A DNA stretch of 64,000 nt from assembly GCA_963665295.1 (NCBI GenBank), contig OY762209.1, forward strand, positions 3,232,001 to 3,296,000, written 5' to 3'. Under the pieces are notes generated by a model. That model was not told where the DNA came from, ran no database searches, and worked only from the letters and a program-made list of their open reading frames with translations. Every line of letters begins with the position of its first letter. Positions within the stretch are counted from its first letter, which is position 1. This document shows, piece after piece, positions 48,298-58,019 of the stretch. Position numbers and translations under genes: made by a program. The DNA is from Syntrophorhabdaceae bacterium (lineage in GTDB: Bacteria > Desulfobacterota > Syntrophorhabdia > Syntrophorhabdales > Syntrophorhabdaceae).

Positions 48298-49113
48298 CTA
48301 TCTCATGAACCAGTTTGAACATCGCTGTGAAGCATATCGTGAAGGCAACAGACACACATAGGGTTTGGCTGATACAGGGCTTTCGAGGACAACCACAGGG
48401 GTTTTGTAGACACCCTCGATAGTCGCCCGCGTCAACACCTCGCCGGGAGCGCCGTCTTTGACTATGGTTCCGTCCTTCAGGAGAAGGAGTCTGTCGCGGT
48501 ATTGCCCCGCGAGGTTGAGGTCGTGGAGGATGGTGATTATGGTTAGACCTTGTTCGCTATTCATTTTCCCAATCAAATCCAAGACCCTGACCTGATGGGT
48601 GATATCCAGATGACTGGTCGGCTCATCAAGGAGAAGAAGGCGTGGTTCCTGGGCCAAGGCGCGACTGATAAAGACCATTTGCTTTTCACCGCTACTTAGC
48701 TTATCCACGCGCCTTTCCCTGAGCCCTGCGGTGCCGGTAAGGGCCATGGCATTATGAGCATGCTCAACGTCCCGCGTGCTCTCCCCTAATCCCATCCCTG
48801 CCCGGTGAGGTATTCTTCCCAGCAGCACGAACTCTTCAACCGACATGGGGAGATCGGTATCCCGGATGTTGCCCACCACCGCAACTTTCCGGGCAAATTC
48901 TCCAATACCTAAACCCTTGATGTCCCGGCTTTCGAGAAGGATTGCCCCCTTGGCAGGCTTTATTACCCGAGAGATCGCCCTGAGAAGCGTTGTCTTTCCG
49001 GAACCGTTGGGTCCTATGACTGCGACAAATTCTCCTGCCCCTACGCTTATGGTCACATCTCGGAGTACCGGGTCCTTTCCATACCCACACGTAAGATTGC
49101 GTATATCGAGCAT
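48298..49113 (-). CDS. Cobalamin/Fe-siderophore ABC transporter ATPase
   Basis: GPNGSGKTT, LSSGEKQ, LLLDEPTSHLD, LHDLNLA. Confidence 0.85.
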   Translation of the reverse strand: MLDIRNLTCGYGKDPVLRDVTISVGAGEFVAVIGPNGSGKTTLLRAISRVIKPAKGAILLESRDIKGLGIGEFARKVAVVGNIRDTDLPMSVEEFVLLGRIPHRAGMGLGESTRDVEHAHNAMALTGTAGLRERRVDKLSSGEKQMVFISRALAQEPRLLLLDEPTSHLDITHQVRVLDLIGKMNSEQGLTIITILHDLNLAGQYRDRLLLLKDGTIVKDGAPGEVLTRATIEGVYKTPVVVLESPVSAKPYVCLLPSRYASQRCSNWFMR

Positions 49114-49645
49114 CACCGCCCTCCAAGAGACAGTTCTCTTTTCGTGAGTGCATATATGAAAAGAATCCCACCAAGAATCCCCGTTATTACGCCCACCGGC
49201 AATTCCATGGGCAGGGCCACAGTCTTGGCCACCGTGTCGCAGAGGATCAGAAAGATCGCTCCTGACAGGAAGGAACCGATCAGGACGATCCTGTGATCCA
49301 CACCCACCCACATGCGGACAAAATGGGGCACGACGAGCCCCACAAACCCTATAGCCCCCGAGACGGAGACCGCGACCCCGGTCAGCGGGGACGCGATGAT
49401 GAGGATCGTCCGCTTCGTCCTTTCCGCGTCGATGCCGAGATGGTGCGCCTCCTCTTCACCCAAGGCCATGGCATTAAGATTGAAGCAAAAGAAATAGGAG
49501 GCCACCAACCCCGCGAGGGCGGCGCATAGAGCAAGTTTCACGAGAATCCAGTCTGTTTCACCGAGAGAACCTATGATCCAGAAAAGGATGTCATGGAGGT
49601 CTTCAGCCCGGGAGATGGACATAATAAGAATGACAAAGCTTACTA
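49113..49645 (-). pseudogene. FecCD/BtuC permease, C-terminal fragment
   Basis: FWIIGSL, LGEEEA..LG, GAIGFVGLVVPH, ELPVGVIT; the N-terminus is absent here. Confidence 0.8.
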
Positions 49646-49686
49646 TAAGGGAGAGAACCGAAAAGCATTCTCCCCCTGATCGGCTC

Positions 49687-50085
49687 TTACCATGCGTCTG
49701 ACTGCTGATATTCGGGCAATTCCGATATGTACTCCGCCATGAGACAATTGATGAGCCTCTCCAGCCTCTCAGCGCACCCGTTCACGTCCTGGTCGTCAAT
49801 GTTGTAGCTGATAGACCGGAGCGCCTTTATAAGATCGATAGGGTTATAGGGATGCGCTCCGTTGAAAGAGAGGATTCGGACGGGTTCGTTCTCTTCGTAA
49901 CGCTCGTTGTAGGCGTGTATGTTTGCGATTCTCAAGGCCTGGACAAATGGCTTGAAGTGAGTATCAAGGCCTTCCGCCCACCCTTCCGGGTAGTCCCATA
50001 CGTGCGCCAGGGTGCCGGGGTCCATACGGCAAAGACTGTTGCGCACGCGGACAAACTTTTCATCCTCGAAACAGATGGTGCTCAT
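49687..50085 (-). CDS. Hypothetical protein, mobile-element-like
   Basis: 132 aa, N..AYNERY, LIKAL.SI.YN, LPEY...AW; translationally coupled to the 69-aa ORF. Confidence 0.7.
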   Translation of the reverse strand: MSTICFEDEKFVRVRNSLCRMDPGTLAHVWDYPEGWAEGLDTHFKPFVQALRIANIHAYNERYEENEPVRILSFNGAHPYNPIDLIKALRSISYNIDDQDVNGCAERLERLINCLMAEYISELPEYQQSDAW

Positions 50086-50291
50086 AACACCTCCTTTACC
50101 CCGAGGGTCTTTGCTTCTTCTTCAAGCTTCAGGTAGTATTCGTATTCTTCCCTTGCGCCCGGGTCGTCCTTTGCACATCCCATGTTGTCATAGTCCAGGG
50201 CATCGATACTGATGTTGCGGGAATCGGAATGAATCGACTGAACAACTCCTCCCGAGACTTCCACGATTATGCGGATGGGTCTCTCACTCAT
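50082..50291 (-). CDS. Small acidic hypothetical protein
   Basis: IIVEVSGGVVQ..D.D; SD AAGGAGG directly downstream of repeat copy 2. Confidence 0.7.
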   Translation of the reverse strand: MSERPIRIIVEVSGGVVQSIHSDSRNISIDALDYDNMGCAKDDPGAREEYEYYLKLEEEAKTLGVKEVL

Positions 50292-50323
50292 AAGGTCCTC
50301 CTTCTTGTGGTTTAGGGGTATTC

Positions 50324-50597
50324 CCCCTTAAAAAACTTTTTTTCCCTTCACAAAGCCTGAGGGAAAAAAGAAGAAGGAAAGACCGGAATTCCATAGCTGC
50401 CTCCCCTGCACGCGGACATGACTGATACCTCCGGCGTGCCGTGTGCAAAGAGGCAAACCACAAAAGGAGCGACACTGTATTGGAAAAAATAATAGGGCGG
50501 GTATGAGCGCAGGTGAAACTTGCGCCTGTTCTGCAAGAGCGGGGGCATCTTTCACCGTAAGCGCGGATTGCCGACATACGCTCAAAGAGTGGCCGCT
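50324..50597. repeat. Structured ~275-bp upstream repeat, copy 2
   Basis: Direct repeat of 4405-4679. Confidence 0.9.
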
Positions 50598-51075
50598 CCG
50601 ATCTGCGAAGCAGTCCGGGAAGCGGACACTGTGTGACGGTGGCGAACCTCAGAAGAAACTGGGCGGGGAAGAAGGGGTGAAATTTGGCCTTGAACGCATC
50701 CTATTGCCCTATCCCTATACACATTTATATAGGGGAAGACCTCGAAAATCGATTGTGGGGCATTTTTGAGAAGCGCTTTTGGTCCATCTCGGGAACCGAC
50801 ACAAGATTATTGTACTGTGGGGCGGTCCGTGACAGCCATGCCACTGGTAGGTGTATCGAGCATCAAGTTATCTCAGATCATGAGCGCAATTCGCCTCCGG
50901 CTTCTTGCACCTGGTCCTTCTATCCGGCGATCAGCATGTCGCTACCATGACGTCTTACGTGACTCAGAGCAATGGAAATGGATTCGATCCACCCAAGATC
51001 GACAACCCAGTGTCCTGCCTGTCCGAGCGGAAACGCCTAAACTACAGGTCAACACGCCAAAATTCATTGCCCCTC

Positions 51076-52410
51076 CTATAAATCAGGCCGCATACCCACG
51101 CTTAGTTGCAGTTTCACCGTAGCATTGGCCAAATCGGCCAAGGCTTGAAGGTACGTCAGGTAGACATCGTCGGCAGTCCGTTGCGCATTCAGAAGTTCAA
51201 GAAGTGTTGCTGCGCCCATACGATAGCTCTTTCGCATCCCATCAAGCACGTGATCGGCGTCATTCAACACGTGATCCGTATAGCTTTGGACATTCCGGGT
51301 GGCCGCCTGATACTGGACATAAGTCGAGCGTACCTCTGTCTCGGCCTTGAGCATGGTAGAGGACAACTGAAGCCGGGCCTGATTCAATGCCGTTTCCGCC
51401 TGGACCAGTTCACCCCGCTGTAGCCGGGAAAACGGGATGGGGATGGTAAGGGTCAGACCGAGGGCCAAAGAGCGCTCCGCCGGAGAGTTGGCCACGCTGC
51501 CCGCACTGTCGAAAACGGGTGGCACCCTCGGAGTATTTACGAGACCCATGTTAACCGTCGGATCGACCCAGCGGTTTGCGCGTGCGAGCCGAAGACTGTC
51601 GTCCGAGTTTTCCACTGCTGCTTTGGCGACGCGTATATCATTGCGGTTTTCCTGTGCCTGCCTAATCAAACCTTCGAGATCGGTCTTAAGGGGTTCCCGC
51701 TTGAGTGCGGTATCAACAACGCTATCGGGGAAGACCTCATCAAACCGTTTGCCGAGGAGACTCGAAAGATTGACCTCGGCCGTTTTTGCGTCTGCGCTGG
51801 CCGACGTCACGTCGACCGCGAACCGGTCCGTCTCGACCCGGGACTGGCGAAGCTCCAGCATACCGATATCGCCGGCCTTTAACCGAACTTCGTTGGAACG
51901 AACCAGTTCCTGGAATGATTTGAGACTTGATTGCTTGCGTGCTAAGGCCTCCCGGGTCCGGCACGCTTCGACAAACGAGGATGCTGATTGGGCCTCAAGG
52001 TCATGCAAGAAACTCGCGACATTGGCTTCAGTCAGCTTCACATTGCTCTGCGCAGCCCGTATCCGCTTGCTCCGTTTCCCTGCGGTCTCAACGGTAACCG
52101 CGAGCCCCACGGTAGTGGCGGTAGAAGCGCTCGGTTTGTTGGCGGCGCTAAGTTCCTTGGAGGCGATCCCGAATGTCAGTTGCGGGTCCGGGCGTACCCC
52201 TGCTATGGAAATACCCGCTTTGGCGCTCGTCACGTTCTCGCGCTGGCTCGCGAAGTCCAGACTATGCTTTTCCACGGCCGAGAGGTATTCCCGAAAGGTA
52301 ACCTTCCGTGGGACGGATTCGGCAGTCCGCTCTGCCAGCCCTTTTGACGGCCCGAGCAGAAAACATATCATAACACCTATGGCGATACCCCGATATATCA
52401 TGCGTTGCAT
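51076..52410 (-). CDS. czcC: TolC-family outer membrane efflux protein (CzcC-like)
   Basis: RPDP.L, VETAGKR..R, Y.MG..LLELLNAQR; third gene of the RND operon. Confidence 0.8.
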   Translation of the reverse strand: MQRMIYRGIAIGVMICFLLGPSKGLAERTAESVPRKVTFREYLSAVEKHSLDFASQRENVTSAKAGISIAGVRPDPQLTFGIASKELSAANKPSASTATTVGLAVTVETAGKRSKRIRAAQSNVKLTEANVASFLHDLEAQSASSFVEACRTREALARKQSSLKSFQELVRSNEVRLKAGDIGMLELRQSRVETDRFAVDVTSASADAKTAEVNLSSLLGKRFDEVFPDSVVDTALKREPLKTDLEGLIRQAQENRNDIRVAKAAVENSDDSLRLARANRWVDPTVNMGLVNTPRVPPVFDSAGSVANSPAERSLALGLTLTIPIPFSRLQRGELVQAETALNQARLQLSSTMLKAETEVRSTYVQYQAATRNVQSYTDHVLNDADHVLDGMRKSYRMGAATLLELLNAQRTADDVYLTYLQALADLANATVKLQLSVGMRPDL

Positions 52411-52432
52411 TATTTCCTCCTCATTCACAGTC

Positions 52433-55400
52433 TCATATTTGTACTTCACTATCAGTGTCCTGACCCTCCCGCTTCTTTGCGGCATTATCGAGCCACCGCT
52501 CGATCACGTAATAGAGTGCCGGAAGGAGGAGTAGGGTCAGCGCGGTTGCGCTCATTAACCCGCCCACCACGACGGTCGCCAGCGGACGCTGCACGTCGCT
52601 CCCGAGACCGCGGGCCAGGGCAGCAGGGGTGAGCCCCATGGCCGCGACGGCTGCGGTCATGAGTACCGGGCGCATCCGCTCTCTCGCTCCCTTGATCACG
52701 GCGTCTTTGAGCGATACGCCCGCCTCCAGCCTTACGCGGTTCAGGTTTGCAATCATAATGATCGCATTTAGCACCGCAACGCCGAAGAGAGCGATGAACC
52801 CCACCGCGCTTGAGACATTGAGCGTGAGTCCACGCAGATGGAGCGCTATGAAACCCCCCAGCGCCGCCAGGGGCACGGCAAGGAGAATGAGCACCGGCTG
52901 GTGCAGGTTGCGGAATTCCCAGAAAAGGAGCAGGAACATGAGGCCGAGTACCATGGGAACAATGAGCGCCAGGCGGGCCTGAGCGCGCTGCTGGTTCTCG
53001 AACTGACCGCCCCAGGCGATCTGGAACCTGGAATGATCATATTTTACGCCTGAATCGACCTTCGACTTCGCCTCATTGAGGAAACTCGACAGGTCCCGGT
53101 CCCGCACGTTCACCCGTACGGTCAGGTGGCGTTTGGCCATTTCTCGCGTGATGGTGCTTTCGCCGTCGTCGAGACGGATCGTAGCGACCTGCGCCAGCGC
53201 AATGCGTGCGCCGGTTGACGAGGTCAGGACGAGGTTACCGATTGCCTCAGGATCGTTACGGGTCTCACCGGTAAAGCGGACTGCAATGTCATAGTGCCGC
53301 TCTTCAACGAAAAGCTGGGCCACTGGCTTGCCTCCAATGCCCGTGCCCACCAGGTCCGCAATATCAGCCACATTGATGCCGAACCGGGCAGCAACGCCTC
53401 TATCGACTTTGATGCGCACCTGAGGCAGCGGTGGCTGCTGGTCAATGATTACGTCCTGAGCCCCCGGCACGGCCTTGAGCACGTCCTCCACATGGGACGC
53501 GATGCGGCGCGATTCCTTTGAGTCATTGCCGTACACCTTTACCACCAGGTCGCTGTGAGCGCCCGCCACCTTATCGAGAACCATATCCGAGATGGGTTGA
53601 GCAAAGCTCACGTGTACACCGGGCATCCCGGCATAGCGCTGGGACATCCGGTTGATAAGTTCCTGCTTGGTGAGACGCGATTTCCAGGTATTATAGGGAT
53701 GAAGCCCGACCATGGCTTCAATATGCGAGGGCGTCCAGGGGTCCATGCCGTCATCCGTGCGCCCGAGTTGGGTGACGATGAAAGATACTTCTTCAAACTC
53801 TCGTGTTACGCGGCGCAGATCATTAGACATCTCCGCCGCCTTGTCGAGGGAAATACCCGGCGGCAGGGTCACCTGAAGCCAGATGGACCCCTCATCGAGG
53901 TAGGGCAGGAAATCCCGACCGATGGTGAGGCCCAGAGCTATGACCGTGACGAGGGTAGCGAGGAATGCGATGATTGCTGTCCTCGGGCGGTCTATGATGC
54001 GCCGCAGCAGCTTTTCATAGCGTGGAGTCAGCTTTTTGAGGAACGGATTATGAAAGACACGCCGGGGCTTGCGGTAGGCCCGGTAGGTGAGTCCGGGAAT
54101 CAGAGCCAGGGCTACAGCCAGGGCTCCGAGCAGCGCAAACCCCACCGCATAGGCCATGGGTGAGAATAACTTATATTCGATACGCTGCAAGGCGAATAAG
54201 GGCAGGTATGCGGTAATGATGACAAGCATGCCGAAGAAGATCGGACGGGCCACCTCTAGCGAGGCGGTCAGGATGTCCTTGGTGGTGAGAGCCCTGCCCT
54301 CGTCCTCTTCTCTTTTCCGCAGGATGTTTTCAAGGATGACGATGCTCCCGTCAACAAGGATGCCGAAGTCGATGGCTCCGAGAGACAGGAGATTCGCCGG
54401 AATCTTGAAATGGTGCATGAAGATAAATGCCGTGAGGAGAGAAAGCGGGATCGTGAGCGCCACGATGAGCGCGGCGCGCGGGCTGCCCAGGAAAACAAGG
54501 AGCACGAGCGCGACCAGCACCATGCCTTCGAGTAGCGTTTTGCCGACGGTCCTTACCGTGGCGCTTACCAGGTTCGTGCGATCAAGGTATGGGACGACTT
54601 TCACGTCCTTGGGCAGGATGTTTTCATTCAAATCGCGCACCGCCTCATGCACCCTTTCCAGCGTGCGTGACGGGTTTTCGCCTCTCAGCAGTAGCGTGAT
54701 GCCTTCAATGGTGTCCGGGTTCCCGTCCTTGCCGAGAATACCCTTCCGTTGTGGATGACCGAGCTTCACCTCGCCCAGGTCCTTGATGAGTACGGGTACG
54801 CCGCTCTTTTGGGTAACGACGATGTTGCCGAGATCGTCGAGGCCGCTTATGAGGCCCACGCCCCGCACCACAAAACCCTGCTGGCCCCGGTCCATGATGC
54901 TGCCGCCTGCGTTGGCGTTGTTGGCGTTAATCGCCTGGGTAATCTGAGCGAGAGAGATGTTGTACTTGGTCAGCCTGGCGGGGTCGAACTCCAGGAGGAA
55001 CTGTGTGGTGAGGCCGCCGAAGTTGGATACGTCGATCACGCCGGGGACCTTCTTGAGGCGGGGGATCACCTTCCAGAACTGAAGCTCCGACAGCGCCCTG
55101 AGATCGTGGGTCTTCGATTCGAGCGTATAACGGTAGATCTCGCCCACTGCCGAGGTCATCGGGTCAAGGCCCGGTTCGGCGCCATAAGGCAGATTGACGC
55201 CGCCGATACGCTCCCGGAGGCGCTGGCGCGCCCAATAGTCCTCCACCCCGTCCCGGAACACGACCGTAATGAGGGACAGGCCAAAGGTACTATTGGAGCG
55301 CATGACGTGCATGCCCGGTATACCGATTATTTCCCTCTCAAGGGGTATGGTGATCTGCTGCTCCACCTCTTCGGCGGCAAGCCCCGGAACCTGGGTGATC

Positions 55401-55546
55401 ACCTGGGCGCTCGTGTCGGAGATGTCGGGGTAGGCTTCAAGAGGCAACTGGTTCCAACTGTACCAGCCATAAAGCGCAGCGAAGGCGAACACGAGGACCA
55501 CGATGCCGCGCCGGTTGAAACATAAGGTGACAAGACGTTCAATCAT
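52433..55546 (-). CDS. czcA: CzcA/CusA heavy-metal RND permease
   Basis: 1037 aa; ANLLSLGAIDFGILVDG, RMRPVLMTA, QRPLATVVVGG. Confidence 0.9.
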   Translation of the reverse strand: MIERLVTLCFNRRGIVVLVFAFAALYGWYSWNQLPLEAYPDISDTSAQVITQVPGLAAEEVEQQITIPLEREIIGIPGMHVMRSNSTFGLSLITVVFRDGVEDYWARQRLRERIGGVNLPYGAEPGLDPMTSAVGEIYRYTLESKTHDLRALSELQFWKVIPRLKKVPGVIDVSNFGGLTTQFLLEFDPARLTKYNISLAQITQAINANNANAGGSIMDRGQQGFVVRGVGLISGLDDLGNIVVTQKSGVPVLIKDLGEVKLGHPQRKGILGKDGNPDTIEGITLLLRGENPSRTLERVHEAVRDLNENILPKDVKVVPYLDRTNLVSATVRTVGKTLLEGMVLVALVLLVFLGSPRAALIVALTIPLSLLTAFIFMHHFKIPANLLSLGAIDFGILVDGSIVILENILRKREEDEGRALTTKDILTASLEVARPIFFGMLVIITAYLPLFALQRIEYKLFSPMAYAVGFALLGALAVALALIPGLTYRAYRKPRRVFHNPFLKKLTPRYEKLLRRIIDRPRTAIIAFLATLVTVIALGLTIGRDFLPYLDEGSIWLQVTLPPGISLDKAAEMSNDLRRVTREFEEVSFIVTQLGRTDDGMDPWTPSHIEAMVGLHPYNTWKSRLTKQELINRMSQRYAGMPGVHVSFAQPISDMVLDKVAGAHSDLVVKVYGNDSKESRRIASHVEDVLKAVPGAQDVIIDQQPPLPQVRIKVDRGVAARFGINVADIADLVGTGIGGKPVAQLFVEERHYDIAVRFTGETRNDPEAIGNLVLTSSTGARIALAQVATIRLDDGESTITREMAKRHLTVRVNVRDRDLSSFLNEAKSKVDSGVKYDHSRFQIAWGGQFENQQRAQARLALIVPMVLGLMFLLLFWEFRNLHQPVLILLAVPLAALGGFIALHLRGLTLNVSSAVGFIALFGVAVLNAIIMIANLNRVRLEAGVSLKDAVIKGARERMRPVLMTAAVAAMGLTPAALARGLGSDVQRPLATVVVGGLMSATALTLLLLPALYYVIERWLDNAAKKREGQDTDSEVQI

Positions 55547-56672
55547 TGAGAAGCACCCCTTCCTTTACCACGATGCGCTCCTTGGCCTTAAGGCCTGTTA
55601 CGACCTCGACCTTGTCTCCCAACTGAGCGCCGGTCTTGCAGACCCTGGGCTCAAATTTCCAGGGAGACGTTTCGACGAAAATCCGGGTATTGAAGCCGCT
55701 CTGAATAAGAGCGGTCGCGGGAACGACGATGGCGTTGCGGGCCTTGCCGGAAAAAATCACTTTGGCAAACATACCGGGACGGAACCGGCCCGATGAATTG
55801 TCGATGGCGATGCGCACCTTCACGGTGCGGGTATCAGGGTCCAACACTTCTCCCACGTAACGCACCTTTCCCTTGGACGGCTCGCCATCATAGGCATTCA
55901 ATGTGATTTGAACCGTCTGACCCGGAAACATGGACGCAATGTCTTTCTCTTGTACGCTCGCAGCCAGCCAGACATTAGACAGGTCGGCCACCGTCATGAT
56001 CGGAGCATTCATGTCGTTCCAGAAGGCACCCCGGGCTCCAGTGAGCTCGATAACGTGCCCTGCAATAGGCGAGTGTAGGGTATACAAGCGGCCATAGCCG
56101 TGGCCGAGGGATGTGCCGAGTATCGCAAGCCTTGCCTTTGACCGCTCCGCCTCGCTCGCTGCCTGACCATAATCGCTCTCGGCCTGCTCCAGTTCCTTGC
56201 GCGCGGAGATTCCGGCGCTGTTGAGTTCTTTTTGGCGCTCCAGGGTACGCTTTGCCAGATTGAGAGCCGTCTGGGCCTTGGATGCATCGCTATACGCCTG
56301 GGCCAAGTCGGCGGAATCGAGGGTGAATAGAGCTTCTCCCTTCTTCACGGGATCGCCGAGGTGCTTGTAAAGCTGCACGATTCTTCCTGCCACCGGAGGC
56401 GCCACTTTTAGCAGTTTGGCCGGGTCCGCTTCCACCACACCCGGCACCATGATGGGCGGTTCGACCGATTGCAGATCGACCGCCGCAACCTGAAGCGATT
56501 TGCGGAGCGGCGACGCATCCGGAATGCGCACACAGCCCTCCTCGCGCACCAAGGGGGTCGTGTTCGCAGCCTCGGCCTTGGCTTTCGATGTCTCCGCTGA
56601 ACTATTGCACCCGGCTATGAGGGCGACCGAGAATACAAGAATAATCCACGCTTTATGGGACGACTGGTTCAT
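55539..56672 (-). CDS. czcB: RND periplasmic adaptor (CzcB-like lipoprotein)
   Basis: Lipobox IAGC, G..VKKG, ADLS.VW, DPDTRTVKVR, RPGMFA. Confidence 0.85.
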   Translation of the reverse strand: MNQSSHKAWIILVFSVALIAGCNSSAETSKAKAEAANTTPLVREEGCVRIPDASPLRKSLQVAAVDLQSVEPPIMVPGVVEADPAKLLKVAPPVAGRIVQLYKHLGDPVKKGEALFTLDSADLAQAYSDASKAQTALNLAKRTLERQKELNSAGISARKELEQAESDYGQAASEAERSKARLAILGTSLGHGYGRLYTLHSPIAGHVIELTGARGAFWNDMNAPIMTVADLSNVWLAASVQEKDIASMFPGQTVQITLNAYDGEPSKGKVRYVGEVLDPDTRTVKVRIAIDNSSGRFRPGMFAKVIFSGKARNAIVVPATALIQSGFNTRIFVETSPWKFEPRVCKTGAQLGDKVEVVTGLKAKERIVVKEGVLLND

Positions 56673-56788
56673 GTTGCTTCTCCTTTATAGTGTTCTTCTG
56701 AAATCTCCACTTCTGGAGGCAATGGTCTGAATCTCCGGTCTCTTACGAGCCCCGGAATTCTCGCGATAGTGACGTGTTTAAAAGGAAA

Positions 56789-57076
56789 CTACGGAAGAGG
56801 AGGCCCTCTGTACGAGAGACCTGAGGAAATGGCTGAACCATTAAAAGGCGATATCTCCTCGCCCAGGGACAGATATTCCTTCCTGAGATCGATTTCAGGA
56901 GTAACAGGCGTCTCGCTGACAGCCGAAGATAATGAGTTGTTCATGAAGCAGATTGCGCATGTCTTGCTGGGAGTGGCCCGATCGTAGTCAAACGCAACGG
57001 CAAACACGGAGCATAAGAGATATACAGCGAATAATAAGGAGAATAACCTCTTATATTCAGAGTTCATTTTAAACAT
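56789..57076 (-). CDS. DUF2946/CutF-like leader protein (CxxC, RGPP)
   Basis: Hydrophobic N-terminus, CAIC, terminal YRGPPLP. Confidence 0.65.
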   Translation of the reverse strand: MFKMNSEYKRLFSLLFAVYLLCSVFAVAFDYDRATPSKTCAICFMNNSLSSAVSETPVTPEIDLRKEYLSLGEEISPFNGSAISSGLSYRGPPLP

Positions 57077-57103
57077 TACTTCTTGTGCTCCCTAGTCTAT
57101 GTT

Positions 57104-57192
57104 ATGAGACTTTGTCTCAATTGAAATATAAATTATCCTTGGTGCCATGCGCTTGTCAAGAGAAAATGTGCGTTTATGAGACATTGTCTCAT
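57104..57192. promoter_or_regulatory. Two palindromic operators (TGAGAC-N3-GTCTCA) in a divergent promoter
   Basis: ATGAGACTTTGTCTCAA at 57104-57120 and ATGAGACATTGTCTCAT at 57176-57192. Confidence 0.7.
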
Positions 57193-57261
57193 TATTGTTG
57201 AAAAGTAATGTCATTAGCTATACAATAAGTGAAACCCTTTTGCATTATTGAGGAGGTTTGG

Positions 57262-57687
57262 ATGAAAAGGAAGAACTTGCAAGAGATGCCCGCTATCGAG
57301 GGCCGGAGGCGGACCTTGGTGAGACAGGAAATATTGACCGCAATAAATGCAATGGAGGGCCACTTCGACCCTCAGATGCTTTACGACCGGCTTAAATCCG
57401 AAGGGTCGAAGGTTTCGCGGGCATCCGTTTACCGGACCATTCCCATTCTTGTGGAGGGCGGTATCATCAATGAGGTAGAGAAGACGGAAAAGCACGCTCA
57501 TTATGAGAAAGTGACCGAAAACAAGCACCATGATCACCTCATATGCCTCCGTTGCGGCGGGACCATTGAGTTCTATTCCCCCACCCTTGAGATGCTTCAG
57601 GATGAGATATGCCAGAAAGAGTGTTTCCGGCGAGTACGCCACAGCTTGGAAATCCTAGGTCTCTGCCGGGAATGCACGGAAAAATAG
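57262..57687 (+). CDS. Fur-family metalloregulator
   Basis: VSRASVYRT, HHDHLICLRCG...EF, G.CREC. Confidence 0.9.
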   Translation: MKRKNLQEMPAIEGRRRTLVRQEILTAINAMEGHFDPQMLYDRLKSEGSKVSRASVYRTIPILVEGGIINEVEKTEKHAHYEKVTENKHHDHLICLRCGGTIEFYSPTLEMLQDEICQKECFRRVRHSLEILGLCRECTEK

Positions 57688-57699
57688 TCATAGAGGGGA

Positions 57700-57989
57700 G
57701 TGTTGGACTCAACAAGGCTATTGCGAAAAATGCCTTGAAGGATTACCCCGGCGAGGCTCAGCGCCCCACCCACTGCGAACCTGAGAATCAGTCTGGGCAG
57801 GCGGATATCAACGGGGACGCTGTAGGCCGCGCTGCCTTGGCCATTGAGCAGGAGAGGGATAATCTGGCCCGGAGGAATGGCTGTGGCTCCCGTGGAAAGG
57901 GAGAGAAGAGACACTCCGATAAGGATGAGAAGAAGAAAGAGAATTATGTCAATCCATCTGGTGCCCTTGAGCGAAAGAACTTGACACAA
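57700..57989 (-). pseudogene. FecCD/BtuC permease, N-terminal fragment
   Basis: IRLPRLIL..AVGGALSLAGVILQGIFRN.LVE; similarity ends there. Confidence 0.8.
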
Positions 57990-58019
57990 CTTCTCTTCCT
58001 GAAGTATTTTAGACCAACA

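Noticed and set aside
46393..49675. 14-mer AAAGCATTCTCCCC near both the MBL truncation and the btuC breakpoint
   Set aside because: A few exact 14-mer pairs are expected by chance in 64 kb; the position is suggestive but insufficient.
51437..52534. Long antisense ORFs (also 224-991, 36766-37959, 54749-55525)
   Set aside because: These are shadows of well-supported genes on the opposite strand, with no recognisable motifs.
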